From Patescibacteria group bacterium (lineage in GTDB: Bacteria; Patescibacteriota; Microgenomatia; Levybacterales; GWA1-39-11), in the NCBI GenBank assembly GCA_035549295.1, contig DASZRG010000011.1:1-17078 (forward strand): 17,078 nt of DNA, written 5' to 3'. Shown piece by piece: positions 1 through 7,244 of the stretch. Position numbers and translations under genes: made by a program. A model generated the notes under the pieces. That model searched no databases, was not told the origin of the DNA, and was given only the letters and a program-made list of their open reading frames with translations. Position 1 is the first letter of the stretch. Every line of letters begins with the position of its first letter.

Positions 1-57
1 AATTTTCCCGACCTTAAGTTCTACTTTTGCAAACTCATCAAAACTTATCTTATCCAC
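1..57 (-). CDS. N-terminal fragment (19 codons, runs off the window) of a tRNA-binding-domain protein (CsaA/Trbp111-like)
   Basis: Minus-strand frame reads V(M)DKISFDEFAKVELKVGKI from GTG at 57..55. An in-frame TGA at 72..70 blocks any upstream extension. The pattern x-I-x-F-D-E-F-x-K-V-x-L-K-V-G-K-I resembles the start of the OB-fold tRNA-binding domain (B. subtilis CsaA begins MAVIDDFEKLDIRTGTI). The fragment is too short to be sure. Confidence 0.4.
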   Translation of the reverse strand, partial: MDKISFDEFAKVELKVGKI

Positions 58-63
58 AAAAAT

Positions 64-72
64 ATTATATCA
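64..72 (-). promoter_or_regulatory. Extended -10 promoter element TGaTATAAT, 6 nt upstream of GTG 57
   Basis: The minus strand reads TGATATAAT (72..64), then attttt, then GTG. No good -35 (TGCAGA at 17 nt). Confidence 0.4.
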
Positions 73-121
73 CTAATCTAAAATTATCTGCAGGTACTTA
101 TTAGAAATTAAAAATTTTTTG

Positions 122-1645
122 TTATTCCCATTCCATAGTTGCCGGAGGTTTGGTGGAGATATCATAGACAACGCGCGAGATTTCTGGAACCTCATTAACT
201 ATTCTACTTGAGATCCTTTGCAAAACATCGTATGGGAGTCTTGACCAGGTTGCGGTCATTACATCTTTTGATTCTACAATTCGAAGTGCGATAACTTCAC
301 CAAAAAACCGTCCATCACCTTTTACAGCAACAGAAGAAGCACCTGTCATGATAGGGAAAGACATATAAATATTTTTCAATAGACCTGCTTTTTGTAATTC
401 TTCCAGGACAATGTTGTCTGCTATTTTTATCTTTGAGAGGCGATCGCGAGTTATTTCTCCCCTGAGTCTTACAGCATATCCAGGGCCTGGAAAAACTTGT
501 TTTTCAACAAACTCTTCTGGCAAACCAAGGCTACGCCCAATTGTACGGACCTCATCTTTGTAGAAATGTCTTAATGGCTCGAGAAGTTTTAGTTTCATAT
601 CTTTTGGAAGTCCTCCCACGTTATGATGACTCTTAATTTTTGCTGCATGCTTTGTGCCTTTTGATTCAATTACATCCGAATAAATTGTTCCCTGGAGTAA
701 GAATTTGATATTCTTATTTTCTTTTAACTTTTCAACTTCACGATCAAATATTTCGATATAGAAATTTCCAATAATTTTTCTTTTCTTTTCTGGATCTTCA
801 ATTTTCCTAAGTCGTGTTAGCATTTCTTCTTCGCAGTGAACAATAATTGGTTTGATTTTAAACTTTTTAAAAATTTGTAAAACATGATTTTCTGTTCCAT
901 CTCTCATTAGACCATTTTCAACATATACAGGAATAAAATGATCACCTATTGCACGCGCCGTAAGAGTTCCTGCAACTGTTGAGTCTACGCCGCCCGAGAT
1001 TGCACCAATAACATAATCACCGCCAGCAATAGTTTTGATATCTTCAATAATTTGGTCAGTATTTATTTCATTTTTTTCGCCCTCCAATTCACAAATCCTA
1101 ATGAAGTTTTCAAGAACTTTTTGCCCCTCTTCTGTATGTTCAACTTCAGGGTGGAAGAGTGCGCCGTAAATTTTTTGTTTTGAATTTTCAACATAAGCAA
1201 AAGGAACGTTTTCTGTATTGCCAATGATTTCAAACCCTTTAGGAAGTTTTATAATTTCGTCACCATGTGACATCCAGACAGTAGACTTGTCTAGTAAATT
1301 TTCTGCCATTAGCGATTCTTTGTTGGTAATTGAAATTTTTGCGGGTCCGTATTCCTTTTTACCTGAAACAACAGAACCACCTAAAAGTTTTGCTGTGATT
1401 TGGAATCCATAACATATTCCTAAAATTGGTATATTTAAATCAAAAATTTTAGGATCTATAGTTGGAGCACTTTTATCATAAACTGAAGAAGGGCCTCCTG
1501 ATAGGATTATGCCGGCGGGTTTTTGTTTTTCGATTTCGGCTAATGCGTCTTCTGGTGGGAAAAATTTTGTGGGGATTCCGGCATCTTTAATCCTTCTTTC
1601 GATAAGCTGGGCAGTTTGTCCTCCAAAATCGATTATATAAATCAT
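122..1645 (-). CDS. guaA: GMP synthase (glutamine-hydrolysing)
   Basis: 507 aa. GATase-1 nucleophile motif GICYGFQ, His-Glu segment FHPEVEHT, ATP-pyrophosphatase P-loop SGGVDS, and the canonical C-terminus PPATMEWE. The start overlaps the guaB stop (TAATG). Confidence 0.95.
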   Translation of the reverse strand: MIYIIDFGGQTAQLIERRIKDAGIPTKFFPPEDALAEIEKQKPAGIILSGGPSSVYDKSAPTIDPKIFDLNIPILGICYGFQITAKLLGGSVVSGKKEYGPAKISITNKESLMAENLLDKSTVWMSHGDEIIKLPKGFEIIGNTENVPFAYVENSKQKIYGALFHPEVEHTEEGQKVLENFIRICELEGEKNEINTDQIIEDIKTIAGGDYVIGAISGGVDSTVAGTLTARAIGDHFIPVYVENGLMRDGTENHVLQIFKKFKIKPIIVHCEEEMLTRLRKIEDPEKKRKIIGNFYIEIFDREVEKLKENKNIKFLLQGTIYSDVIESKGTKHAAKIKSHHNVGGLPKDMKLKLLEPLRHFYKDEVRTIGRSLGLPEEFVEKQVFPGPGYAVRLRGEITRDRLSKIKIADNIVLEELQKAGLLKNIYMSFPIMTGASSVAVKGDGRFFGEVIALRIVESKDVMTATWSRLPYDVLQRISSRIVNEVPEISRVVYDISTKPPATMEWE

Positions 1646-2790
1646 TATGAGTAGCTCTTGCCAGCATTAGTTACTAAAATGTCATGGGGATGAGATTCCT
1701 GAAGAGATGCTTGTGTTATCTGAATAAATCTTGCACCTTTATGAGCTTCTTGTATATTTCTAAAACCACAGTAATAAAAACCCGATTTTATTCCACCAAT
1801 TGCAATATTGATAACATCCTCAACGGTACCCTTGATTGGTACAAGACCTTCGACGCCTTCTGCCACCAAAGTTCTATCTTTGTAAGATTTGCCATGAAAT
1901 TCTCCTTCAGACTTTGTTTTTGCTCCGCGTCTCATTGCCGCTTCAGATCCCATTCCTCTATATTCTTTGAAAATAAATTTCCCATTTTTGCTAAAAATAC
2001 TTTTGAATCTTTGAGGAACTTCCGCTCCCGAAAGTGAAACTTTTTTACCTGGCGATTCTAGAGTAGAAGCAAAAAATCTTCCCATCATAAGGGTGTTTGA
2101 GCCAGTAGCTAGTGCTTTCACCATATCACCACTATTGTTCATTCCGGCGTCTGCCATTATAGGAACGCTCATTTTTTTGGCCGCTTTTGCAACTTCAATT
2201 AATGCAGTAAATTGCGGAACTCCCATTCCTGAAACAACGCGAGTTGTGCAGATTGCTCCTGGTCCCATCCCAACTCGTAATGCATCCGCACCCGCTTTTA
2301 TTAGTCCGATTGCTCCTTCTTCTGTTGCTATATTTCCTGCAACCACTTGCAACTTGGGATATTTTTTTTTGATAAAACTTAAAGTTTCTATTTGTATATT
2401 TGTCCAACCGTGAGCAGAATCTAGGACTACAACATCAACGCCAGCCTTTATTATCAATTCTAGCCTTGTTTCAAATCCTGGATTCGGACCAATTGCCGCT
2501 CCAACTAAGAGATTTTTATCTTTGACTTTTTTTATTTCTAGGGCTTCCTTTTCTGGGGAAAAATTCCTATGAATTATTCCAATTCCTCCAAGTTTTGCGA
2601 GCGCAATTGCTAGAGGTGCTTCTGTAACAGTATCCATAGGAGATGATACAAAAGGAGATTTTATCCTTAAATTTTTTGTAATGTTTGTTTCTAAATTTAT
2701 CTCCTCTCGGGAGAAGTCAGAGAACCCAGGAAGAAGCAAGACATCGTTAAAAGTTAAAGCGGACGGGAGAAGTCGATTTGAGGGCTCCAT
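1645..2790 (-). CDS. guaB: IMP dehydrogenase-family enzyme lacking the CBS/Bateman subdomain
   Basis: 381 aa. Motifs: LTFNDVLLLP, SSPMDTVTE, catalytic Cys loop GMGPGAICTTR, flap YRGMGSEAAM...LVAEGVEGLVPIKG. The sequence goes directly from GIIHRNFSPEKEALEIKKVKDKN to LLVGAAIG, the point where about 120 aa of CBS pair normally sit. Translationally coupled to guaA. GMP reductase cannot be fully excluded by eye. Confidence 0.8.
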   Translation of the reverse strand: MEPSNRLLPSALTFNDVLLLPGFSDFSREEINLETNITKNLRIKSPFVSSPMDTVTEAPLAIALAKLGGIGIIHRNFSPEKEALEIKKVKDKNLLVGAAIGPNPGFETRLELIIKAGVDVVVLDSAHGWTNIQIETLSFIKKKYPKLQVVAGNIATEEGAIGLIKAGADALRVGMGPGAICTTRVVSGMGVPQFTALIEVAKAAKKMSVPIMADAGMNNSGDMVKALATGSNTLMMGRFFASTLESPGKKVSLSGAEVPQRFKSIFSKNGKFIFKEYRGMGSEAAMRRGAKTKSEGEFHGKSYKDRTLVAEGVEGLVPIKGTVEDVINIAIGGIKSGFYYCGFRNIQEAHKGARFIQITQASLQESHPHDILVTNAGKSYS

Positions 2791-2795
2791 AATTA

Positions 2796-2824
2796 AAAAT
2801 ACCAGAAGGAAACTTTCTTGTCAA
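2796..2824 (-). promoter_or_regulatory. Sigma70-like promoter of guaBA: TTGACA-17-TATTTT, with the -10 ending 5 nt before the guaB ATG
   Basis: Minus strand: TTGACA (2824..2819), 17-nt spacer, TATTTT (2801..2796), taatt, ATG (2790). Confidence 0.5.
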
Positions 2825-2839
2825 TACGAATTGGTATTT
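2797..2839 (-). repeat. 8-bp inverted repeat AAATACCA / TGGTATTT with a 27-nt loop, spanning the otsA stop and the guaB promoter
   Basis: 2797-2804 aaatacca is the exact reverse complement of 2832-2839 tggtattt. On the minus-strand RNA the hairpin is followed by UUUAAUU. The stem is weak and AT-rich and the loop is long, so terminator function is doubtful. Confidence 0.3.
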
Positions 2840-4328
2840 ATTTTGCGAGGATTGCTTCTCTTATAAATTCTTTACCCCATTCGTACACGTTATTTTCTTC
2901 AAGAAGAGCCGTCATTCGTTTCATTTTTGAAGCCTTTTCCTTCTTGGGCATCTCGAGTGCTGCGCGAATAGCATCCGCAACTTTATCGATGTCGTAAGGA
3001 TTGACGATCAATGCAGACGTTAAATCGATGGCGCTTCCGGTAAATTGCGAAAGCACAAGCATTCCAGGGTTTTCAGATGCAGCTGATGATACAACGAATT
3101 CTTTTGATACCAAGTTCATACCATCGTCAAGTGGTGTTACGACGCATACGTCAGCATGACTGTAAAATTTGATAATTTCCTCTCTTTGAAAAACTTCATA
3201 GATTAAGTGAATTGGTTTCCAGTCTCGTGTTCCGTACTTTAAATTAATATCTACCGCAAGTTCCTCAACTTCCATTCTGAGCTTTTGGTATGACGGTATG
3301 CTTTCTCTTGAGGGGGCAAGTATACCAACATAAACTGTTCTTTTCTTATACGAAGGATTTTTTTCATAAAATTTGTCTAGTGCTTTCAGTCTTGATCTGA
3401 GACCTTTCGTATAATCAAGTCTATCAACTCCAAAAATTATTTTGTATTTTCCAAAATATTGATTTATCATTAGACTCCTGTCATTAATTGATTCACTGTT
3501 TTGTGATTTTTCTCTTTCTTTCTCCTCGGCCAAAAGTGTTTTTACAACATCTGTATCGATTCCCATTGGAAGATTTCGAACAGAAGTTGAAGTGTTATGA
3601 AAGAAGACAGTTTGAGTTTCGTAATCAATTCTTGATTGAAGCTCACGGTCAACCGTTTGTAAAAAATTGCGTGCTTGATATCCTCTGTGAAAAGCTAAGA
3701 AATCGCAATATAGCATGCTTCTGAGTATTTCTTTTTTGTATGGCAGTATTCTGAAGATTTCCCATGTCGGCCATGGTATGTGCCAAAACATAGAAACAAC
3801 AGTATTTTTTGAGCGGCCAAGTAAAAGAGGGACTAAAGCAAGTTGATAGTCATTTATCCATATGAACGTTTTTTGTCCCCATGGAATCGACTTCTTAATA
3901 GCGGCAGCATATTGCTCGTTTACTTTTCTGTACGATCTGTACCAATCCTCGGTCCATCGTGGTTCCTCATATGCTATATGACACAAGGGCCAGAGAGTTT
4001 GGTTTGAAAAGCCAGAATAGTAGTTTTCAACATCAGTTTTGTTTAAAAACAATCGTTTCAGAGTGTATTCGCCATTAACTCCTTTTATTTTCATGCTATT
4101 GTTTCTGTCAAGTCCTTTTTTTTCATCGGGGTTTTTCGCAAGCGCAATGTAGAGAGCATTTGTCGCCTGAGCAATAGAGTCAAGGGCAACTGATACTCCA
4201 CCTGCAGGATTTTCGGTTATGAACTCATTGTTAACAAACCTTGAAACTCGCGGCTCCCCATGAGCTGCGATGATCATTTTGTATCCTTTGGAGCTAAAAA
4301 AATTATGAAGATCTGATGCGGAAGTCAT
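2838..4328 (-). CDS. otsA: GT20-family alpha,alpha-trehalose-phosphate synthase (OtsA-like)
   Basis: 496 aa. Motifs: PAGGVSVAL, FSNQTLWPLCH, INDYQLALVP, FWHIPWP, GVDRLDYTKG, PLDDGMNLVSKEF, all typical of OtsA/GT20. A related GT20 specificity (e.g. glucosylglycerol-phosphate synthase) cannot be excluded. Confidence 0.8.
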   Translation of the reverse strand: MTSASDLHNFFSSKGYKMIIAAHGEPRVSRFVNNEFITENPAGGVSVALDSIAQATNALYIALAKNPDEKKGLDRNNSMKIKGVNGEYTLKRLFLNKTDVENYYSGFSNQTLWPLCHIAYEEPRWTEDWYRSYRKVNEQYAAAIKKSIPWGQKTFIWINDYQLALVPLLLGRSKNTVVSMFWHIPWPTWEIFRILPYKKEILRSMLYCDFLAFHRGYQARNFLQTVDRELQSRIDYETQTVFFHNTSTSVRNLPMGIDTDVVKTLLAEEKEREKSQNSESINDRSLMINQYFGKYKIIFGVDRLDYTKGLRSRLKALDKFYEKNPSYKKRTVYVGILAPSRESIPSYQKLRMEVEELAVDINLKYGTRDWKPIHLIYEVFQREEIIKFYSHADVCVVTPLDDGMNLVSKEFVVSSAASENPGMLVLSQFTGSAIDLTSALIVNPYDIDKVADAIRAALEMPKKEKASKMKRMTALLEENNVYEWGKEFIREAILAK

Positions 4329-4406
4329 AGTTTTTTGAATAGATTATATTTAGGAATTGCTTCCGGAGACCGTGGCTCTATTTTGTATTGCTTGCTTCAT
4401 GCTCGT

Positions 4407-4435
4407 ATTATACTCCAAGTAAGCAAGTCCTTCAA
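4407..4435 (-). promoter_or_regulatory. Candidate otsA promoter TTGAAG-17-TATAAT (would give a 5' UTR of roughly 70-75 nt)
   Basis: Minus strand: TTGAAG (4435..4430), 17-nt spacer, TATAAT (4412..4407). A second TATAAT (4348..4343) without a -35 lies 14 nt from the ATG, so the real start site is ambiguous. Confidence 0.4.
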
Positions 4436-4449
4436 ATTAAAGGGTAGAC

Positions 4450-4851
4450 CTAGAAGCCTCCAATATTCTGATAATCCTGAAGTTGTGAATTAAAAGCTTT
4501 GGATGCAGCATCAAAAACTTGAATAGAGATAACTGTTGTTACTATTGTGGCAATGATTGTTAGAACGATTGCTGCTATGCCAATTTTTTTTGCAAGAGGA
4601 TCCTTCTGCAGGATATAGCGGACACCAGGTAACAAGCCGAAAGGGGGTAAAAATATGCAAGTAGCATATACTACGATTTGGTGAGCGAGATCAGTCGAGA
4701 GTGGAGGGTCTTTAATTTTATTCCCACAATGCGGACAGAAATAAGAAGTTGAGTCAATTTCGGATTTACATTTAGGACAGGTAGCCTTTGTATTGGTTGG
4801 TGGAATTGTGTTTGTGGATGGCGTTGCAGCACCTTGAGGTTGAGTATCCAT
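4450..4851 (-). CDS. Zinc-ribbon domain membrane protein (function unknown)
   Basis: 133 aa. Pro/Thr-rich N-terminus, CPKC-x14-CPHC zinc ribbon, then two hydrophobic helices (VVYATCIFLPPFGLLPG; IGIAAIVLTIIATIVTTVISI). Only 24 nt downstream of plsY, so probably co-transcribed. Confidence 0.6.
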   Translation of the reverse strand: MDTQPQGAATPSTNTIPPTNTKATCPKCKSEIDSTSYFCPHCGNKIKDPPLSTDLAHQIVVYATCIFLPPFGLLPGVRYILQKDPLAKKIGIAAIVLTIIATIVTTVISIQVFDAASKAFNSQLQDYQNIGGF

Positions 4852-4875
4852 AGGACAAGCTTCTCATAAAAACAT

Positions 4876-5466
4876 TTATTTCGTCAAATTGAGACGTTTC
4901 TCAGAGCCTTCAAGAAGCCTTTTTATGTTTGGTCTATGTGTCCACCAGATGAATAGTGCGCCGGCGATAGTGTATAAAGCATAAAAAGTATTATGTATTA
5001 AGCAAAAGACAAGGATCGGAATGGCGAGGCTTAATAGTAGATTGGTGAGACTCATAAGTTTTGTTAGGATTAAGATTGCAAACCAAATAACAAAAATTAT
5101 TACTATATATTTTATTCCCAAAATAACAAAAAGTGTTCCGCCATATGTCGCGACACCGCGACCTCCCCTGAATTTTAAAAAAAGAGGAAAAACATGCCCG
5201 ACTATTGCAGCAAGTGCAACAAGCCCAATAGAAATCTGATCAAATCCCAGAAGCGATGCAAGAAGAGTTGGAACGAGACCCTTTAAAAAATCAAAGAGCG
5301 CGACAGGGACTGCAAACTTCAGGCCAAATGTACGAAGGATGTTAGTCGCTCCAATATTGCCACTTCCAACTTTTCTTATGTCAACATTATTTTTTTTTGC
5401 GACGATAAAACCAGTCGGGATAGAGCCAAAAACATATGATAAGAATATCAAAAAAAGAGGCAACAT
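4876..5466 (-). CDS. plsY: Glycerol-3-phosphate acyltransferase PlsY (acyl-phosphate dependent)
   Basis: 196 aa polytopic membrane protein with canonical motifs GSIPTGFIVAK, GSGNIGATN and GHVFPLFLKFRGGRGVAT. Confidence 0.9.
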   Translation of the reverse strand: MLPLFLIFLSYVFGSIPTGFIVAKKNNVDIRKVGSGNIGATNILRTFGLKFAVPVALFDFLKGLVPTLLASLLGFDQISIGLVALAAIVGHVFPLFLKFRGGRGVATYGGTLFVILGIKYIVIIFVIWFAILILTKLMSLTNLLLSLAIPILVFCLIHNTFYALYTIAGALFIWWTHRPNIKRLLEGSEKRLNLTK

Positions 5467-5467
5467 C

Positions 5468-5497
5468 TGTTAAAATAGGTTACTGCTCTTGATTATA
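5468..5497. promoter_or_regulatory. Divergent promoter region between plsY (-) and the fakA operon (+)
   Basis: The whole 33-nt gap holds two elements. On the + strand, an extended -10 TGtTAAAAT (5468-5476) lies 23 nt before the fakA ATG. On the - strand, TATAAT (5497..5492) lies 25 nt before the plsY ATG. The -35 elements would fall inside the flanking coding regions and are weak. Confidence 0.35.
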
Positions 5498-5499
5498 TT

Positions 5500-6387
5500 A
5501 TGTTTGTTTTCAAAATCACAGACATTGCCGACATGCTCGCTGAAGGCGCCGATGAAGTTATTTCGAATCGAGATAATATTAACAGCATAAATGTTTTCCC
5601 GGTTCCAGACGCTGATACCGGAAGCAACATGGCAAGTACTTTGTTGCCAATCAAGAACGCTAAAGTAGATAGTCAAAGACCTCAAATATTTATCGAACAG
5701 ACTCTCCAGCAGGTACTGAAGGCTTCAAGAGGAAATTCTGGCATAATGATAACTTCATATCTTTCGGGTTTGCTAAATTCACTTACTGATGAGCAGATTG
5801 GTTCTGAATTGTTAATCAAGTCGTTTAAAAATGGAGCTGATTCAGCAAAGTCTGCAGTCGAAGCACCCAAAAAGGGCACGATGCTCGATGTGATGTACGC
5901 TTTTTATAAAAGCTTTGATGCGAATTTAGATATTTCACAGAATGCGTTTGATAAAGCACTGACTAGAACAAAAGAGGCACTTATTGCAACCGAAAGCCAA
6001 ATGAAAGTTTTATCAGATCACAAAGTAGTTGATGCAGGTGCTCTTGGTTTCACTCTATTTATCTACGGATTTTCAAAAAAAATCACACGCGAAAGGCTTG
6101 ATATATCGTTTCTTAACTTAAAAAAAGTTAATGAGGAGAAATTAGAATTTGGAAAATTCCCATATGAAGTCGTTTTTATAGTTGAGGAGCCTATGTTTTC
6201 TGCGCCCGATCTAAAAAGTATGTTCCATGCAATGGGTAATTCGATAGACATCGTGGAAGTTGCTGGTAGTATAAAAGTCCACATACATACAGATAATACG
6301 GATGTGGTGCGCGAAACAGCAGAGCTTGTTGGGAATATTGTTGATCTTAAAATTACTGATATGAGAAATACGGTCGTTCACGCGTGA
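5500..6387 (+). CDS. fakA: DAK2-domain fatty-acid-kinase subunit FakA-like (YloV family), short form with N and central domains only
   Basis: 295 aa. The N-terminus aligns with S. aureus FakA/B. subtilis YloV (DIADMLAEGADEV...NVFPVPDADTGSNM, RGNSGIM, VVDAGALGF). The C-terminal part matches the central domain (IKVHIHTDN...DLKITDMRN). It ends in tandem TGA TGA, and the roughly 220-aa C-terminal domain of canonical FakA is absent. Confidence 0.8.
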   Translation: MFVFKITDIADMLAEGADEVISNRDNINSINVFPVPDADTGSNMASTLLPIKNAKVDSQRPQIFIEQTLQQVLKASRGNSGIMITSYLSGLLNSLTDEQIGSELLIKSFKNGADSAKSAVEAPKKGTMLDVMYAFYKSFDANLDISQNAFDKALTRTKEALIATESQMKVLSDHKVVDAGALGFTLFIYGFSKKITRERLDISFLNLKKVNEEKLEFGKFPYEVVFIVEEPMFSAPDLKSMFHAMGNSIDIVEVAGSIKVHIHTDNTDVVRETAELVGNIVDLKITDMRNTVVHA

Positions 6388-7244
6388 TGAAGAATATTGG
6401 AATATTAGTGGGGGAAGACTGCGATCTTCCTGAAAAAATTATTAAAGATTCAGGAATCAATATTTTTCCATTTGTTCTTGAATGGGAAGAGCTAAAAAAA
6501 CAATCAGAAATTTACAAAACCATGCGTGGTCCACACAAGACAAGTCCCAAAACGTCTCAGCCATCACCAGCAACATTCAAAGAACTATTTGAAAAGTGTT
6601 TGGAAAAATATCAGGACTTAATTGTTCTAACAGTTTCATCAAAATTTTCCGGCACTTACAACTCCTCTGTTCAAGCAAGAAAAATGCTTGATAAAAAACT
6701 TCAAGATAGGGTTCATATTGTTGATTCTGAAGTTTCAAGCGGTGCTGAGGCGCTGTTGGTTTTTGAAGCGATAAGTATGATTGACACAGATGAGAAGGTT
6801 GAAAAAATTGTTGAAAAGCTTCGACGGTTAAGTCTGAGAGTAAACCTCTTGGGTGCATTTGAGGATCCGCAGTGGCTTGTTGCTGGCGGACGTCTAAATC
6901 CTATAAAAGCGCTTCTTGTTAAAAACCTTTTAAAAGGAGGATTTAGACCAATTCTTACAATAAAGGATGGTCAAATTGTAGTTAAAAAAATACAAGGTAA
7001 CGCACATGATAGCGCCGAAGCTTTGTTTAATCAGTTCAAGAATGATTTTGATAACCGTAGTCCTGACTCTGAAGTAAATGTTGTAATAACGCATGCGGAC
7101 TTTGAGGATCAGGCAAATTTGCTGTCAAAAAAACTTGCAAATTTTAGTCATTCAGTTAAAATTAAATTCATACATGAAATATCGCCGGTTATAGGTTCTC
7201 ACTTGGGACCAGGGGCACTTCTTCTTTCATGGATTGTTAAATAA
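6387..7244 (+). CDS. fakB: DegV-family fatty-acid-binding protein (FakB)
   Basis: About 285 aa. Motifs: MKNIGILVGEDCDLP, KTSQPSP, SSKFSGTY, VVITHAD, ISPVIGSHLGPGAL, all DegV hallmarks. I chose ATG 6387 (TGATG overlap with the fakA stop). The ORF track's 6384 start is an in-frame GTG one codon upstream and remains possible. Confidence 0.9.
   Translation: MKNIGILVGEDCDLPEKIIKDSGINIFPFVLEWEELKKQSEIYKTMRGPHKTSPKTSQPSPATFKELFEKCLEKYQDLIVLTVSSKFSGTYNSSVQARKMLDKKLQDRVHIVDSEVSSGAEALLVFEAISMIDTDEKVEKIVEKLRRLSLRVNLLGAFEDPQWLVAGGRLNPIKALLVKNLLKGGFRPILTIKDGQIVVKKIQGNAHDSAEALFNQFKNDFDNRSPDSEVNVVITHADFEDQANLLSKKLANFSHSVKIKFIHEISPVIGSHLGPGALLLSWIVK

Noticed and set aside
58-121. The A6T5 palindrome (caaaaaattttt on the minus strand, about 110-121) and the CTGCAG palindrome downstream of guaA, as an intrinsic terminator.
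   Set aside because: The stems would be pure A-T or only 6 bp with no adjoining U-tract. This is not distinguishable from background in AT-rich DNA.
5470-5685. A 71-aa minus-strand ORF spanning the plsY/fakA intergenic gap and the fakA 5' end.
   Set aside because: It overlaps the well-supported FakA N-terminus (which aligns from its first residues with S. aureus FakA). It has no motif support, and its start would lie inside fakA.
6385-6390. Possibility of an alternative genetic code (UGA read as Gly/Trp, as in some candidate phyla), which would fuse fakA to downstream sequence.
   Set aside because: fakA ends in two consecutive in-frame TGA codons. plsY2 also ends in TGA exactly at an ATGA overlap with the next gene. 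All protein lengths and termini are sensible under the standard code.
6384-7244. The idea that the gene after the short fakA is just the split-off FakA C-terminal (Dak1_2/FakB-like) domain, i.e. a simple gene fission.
   Set aside because: The product has a complete DegV architecture with the KTSQPSP, SSKFSGTY and GPVIG-type motifs and a normal DegV N-terminus and length. It is better read as FakB, although only a profile search can settle this.
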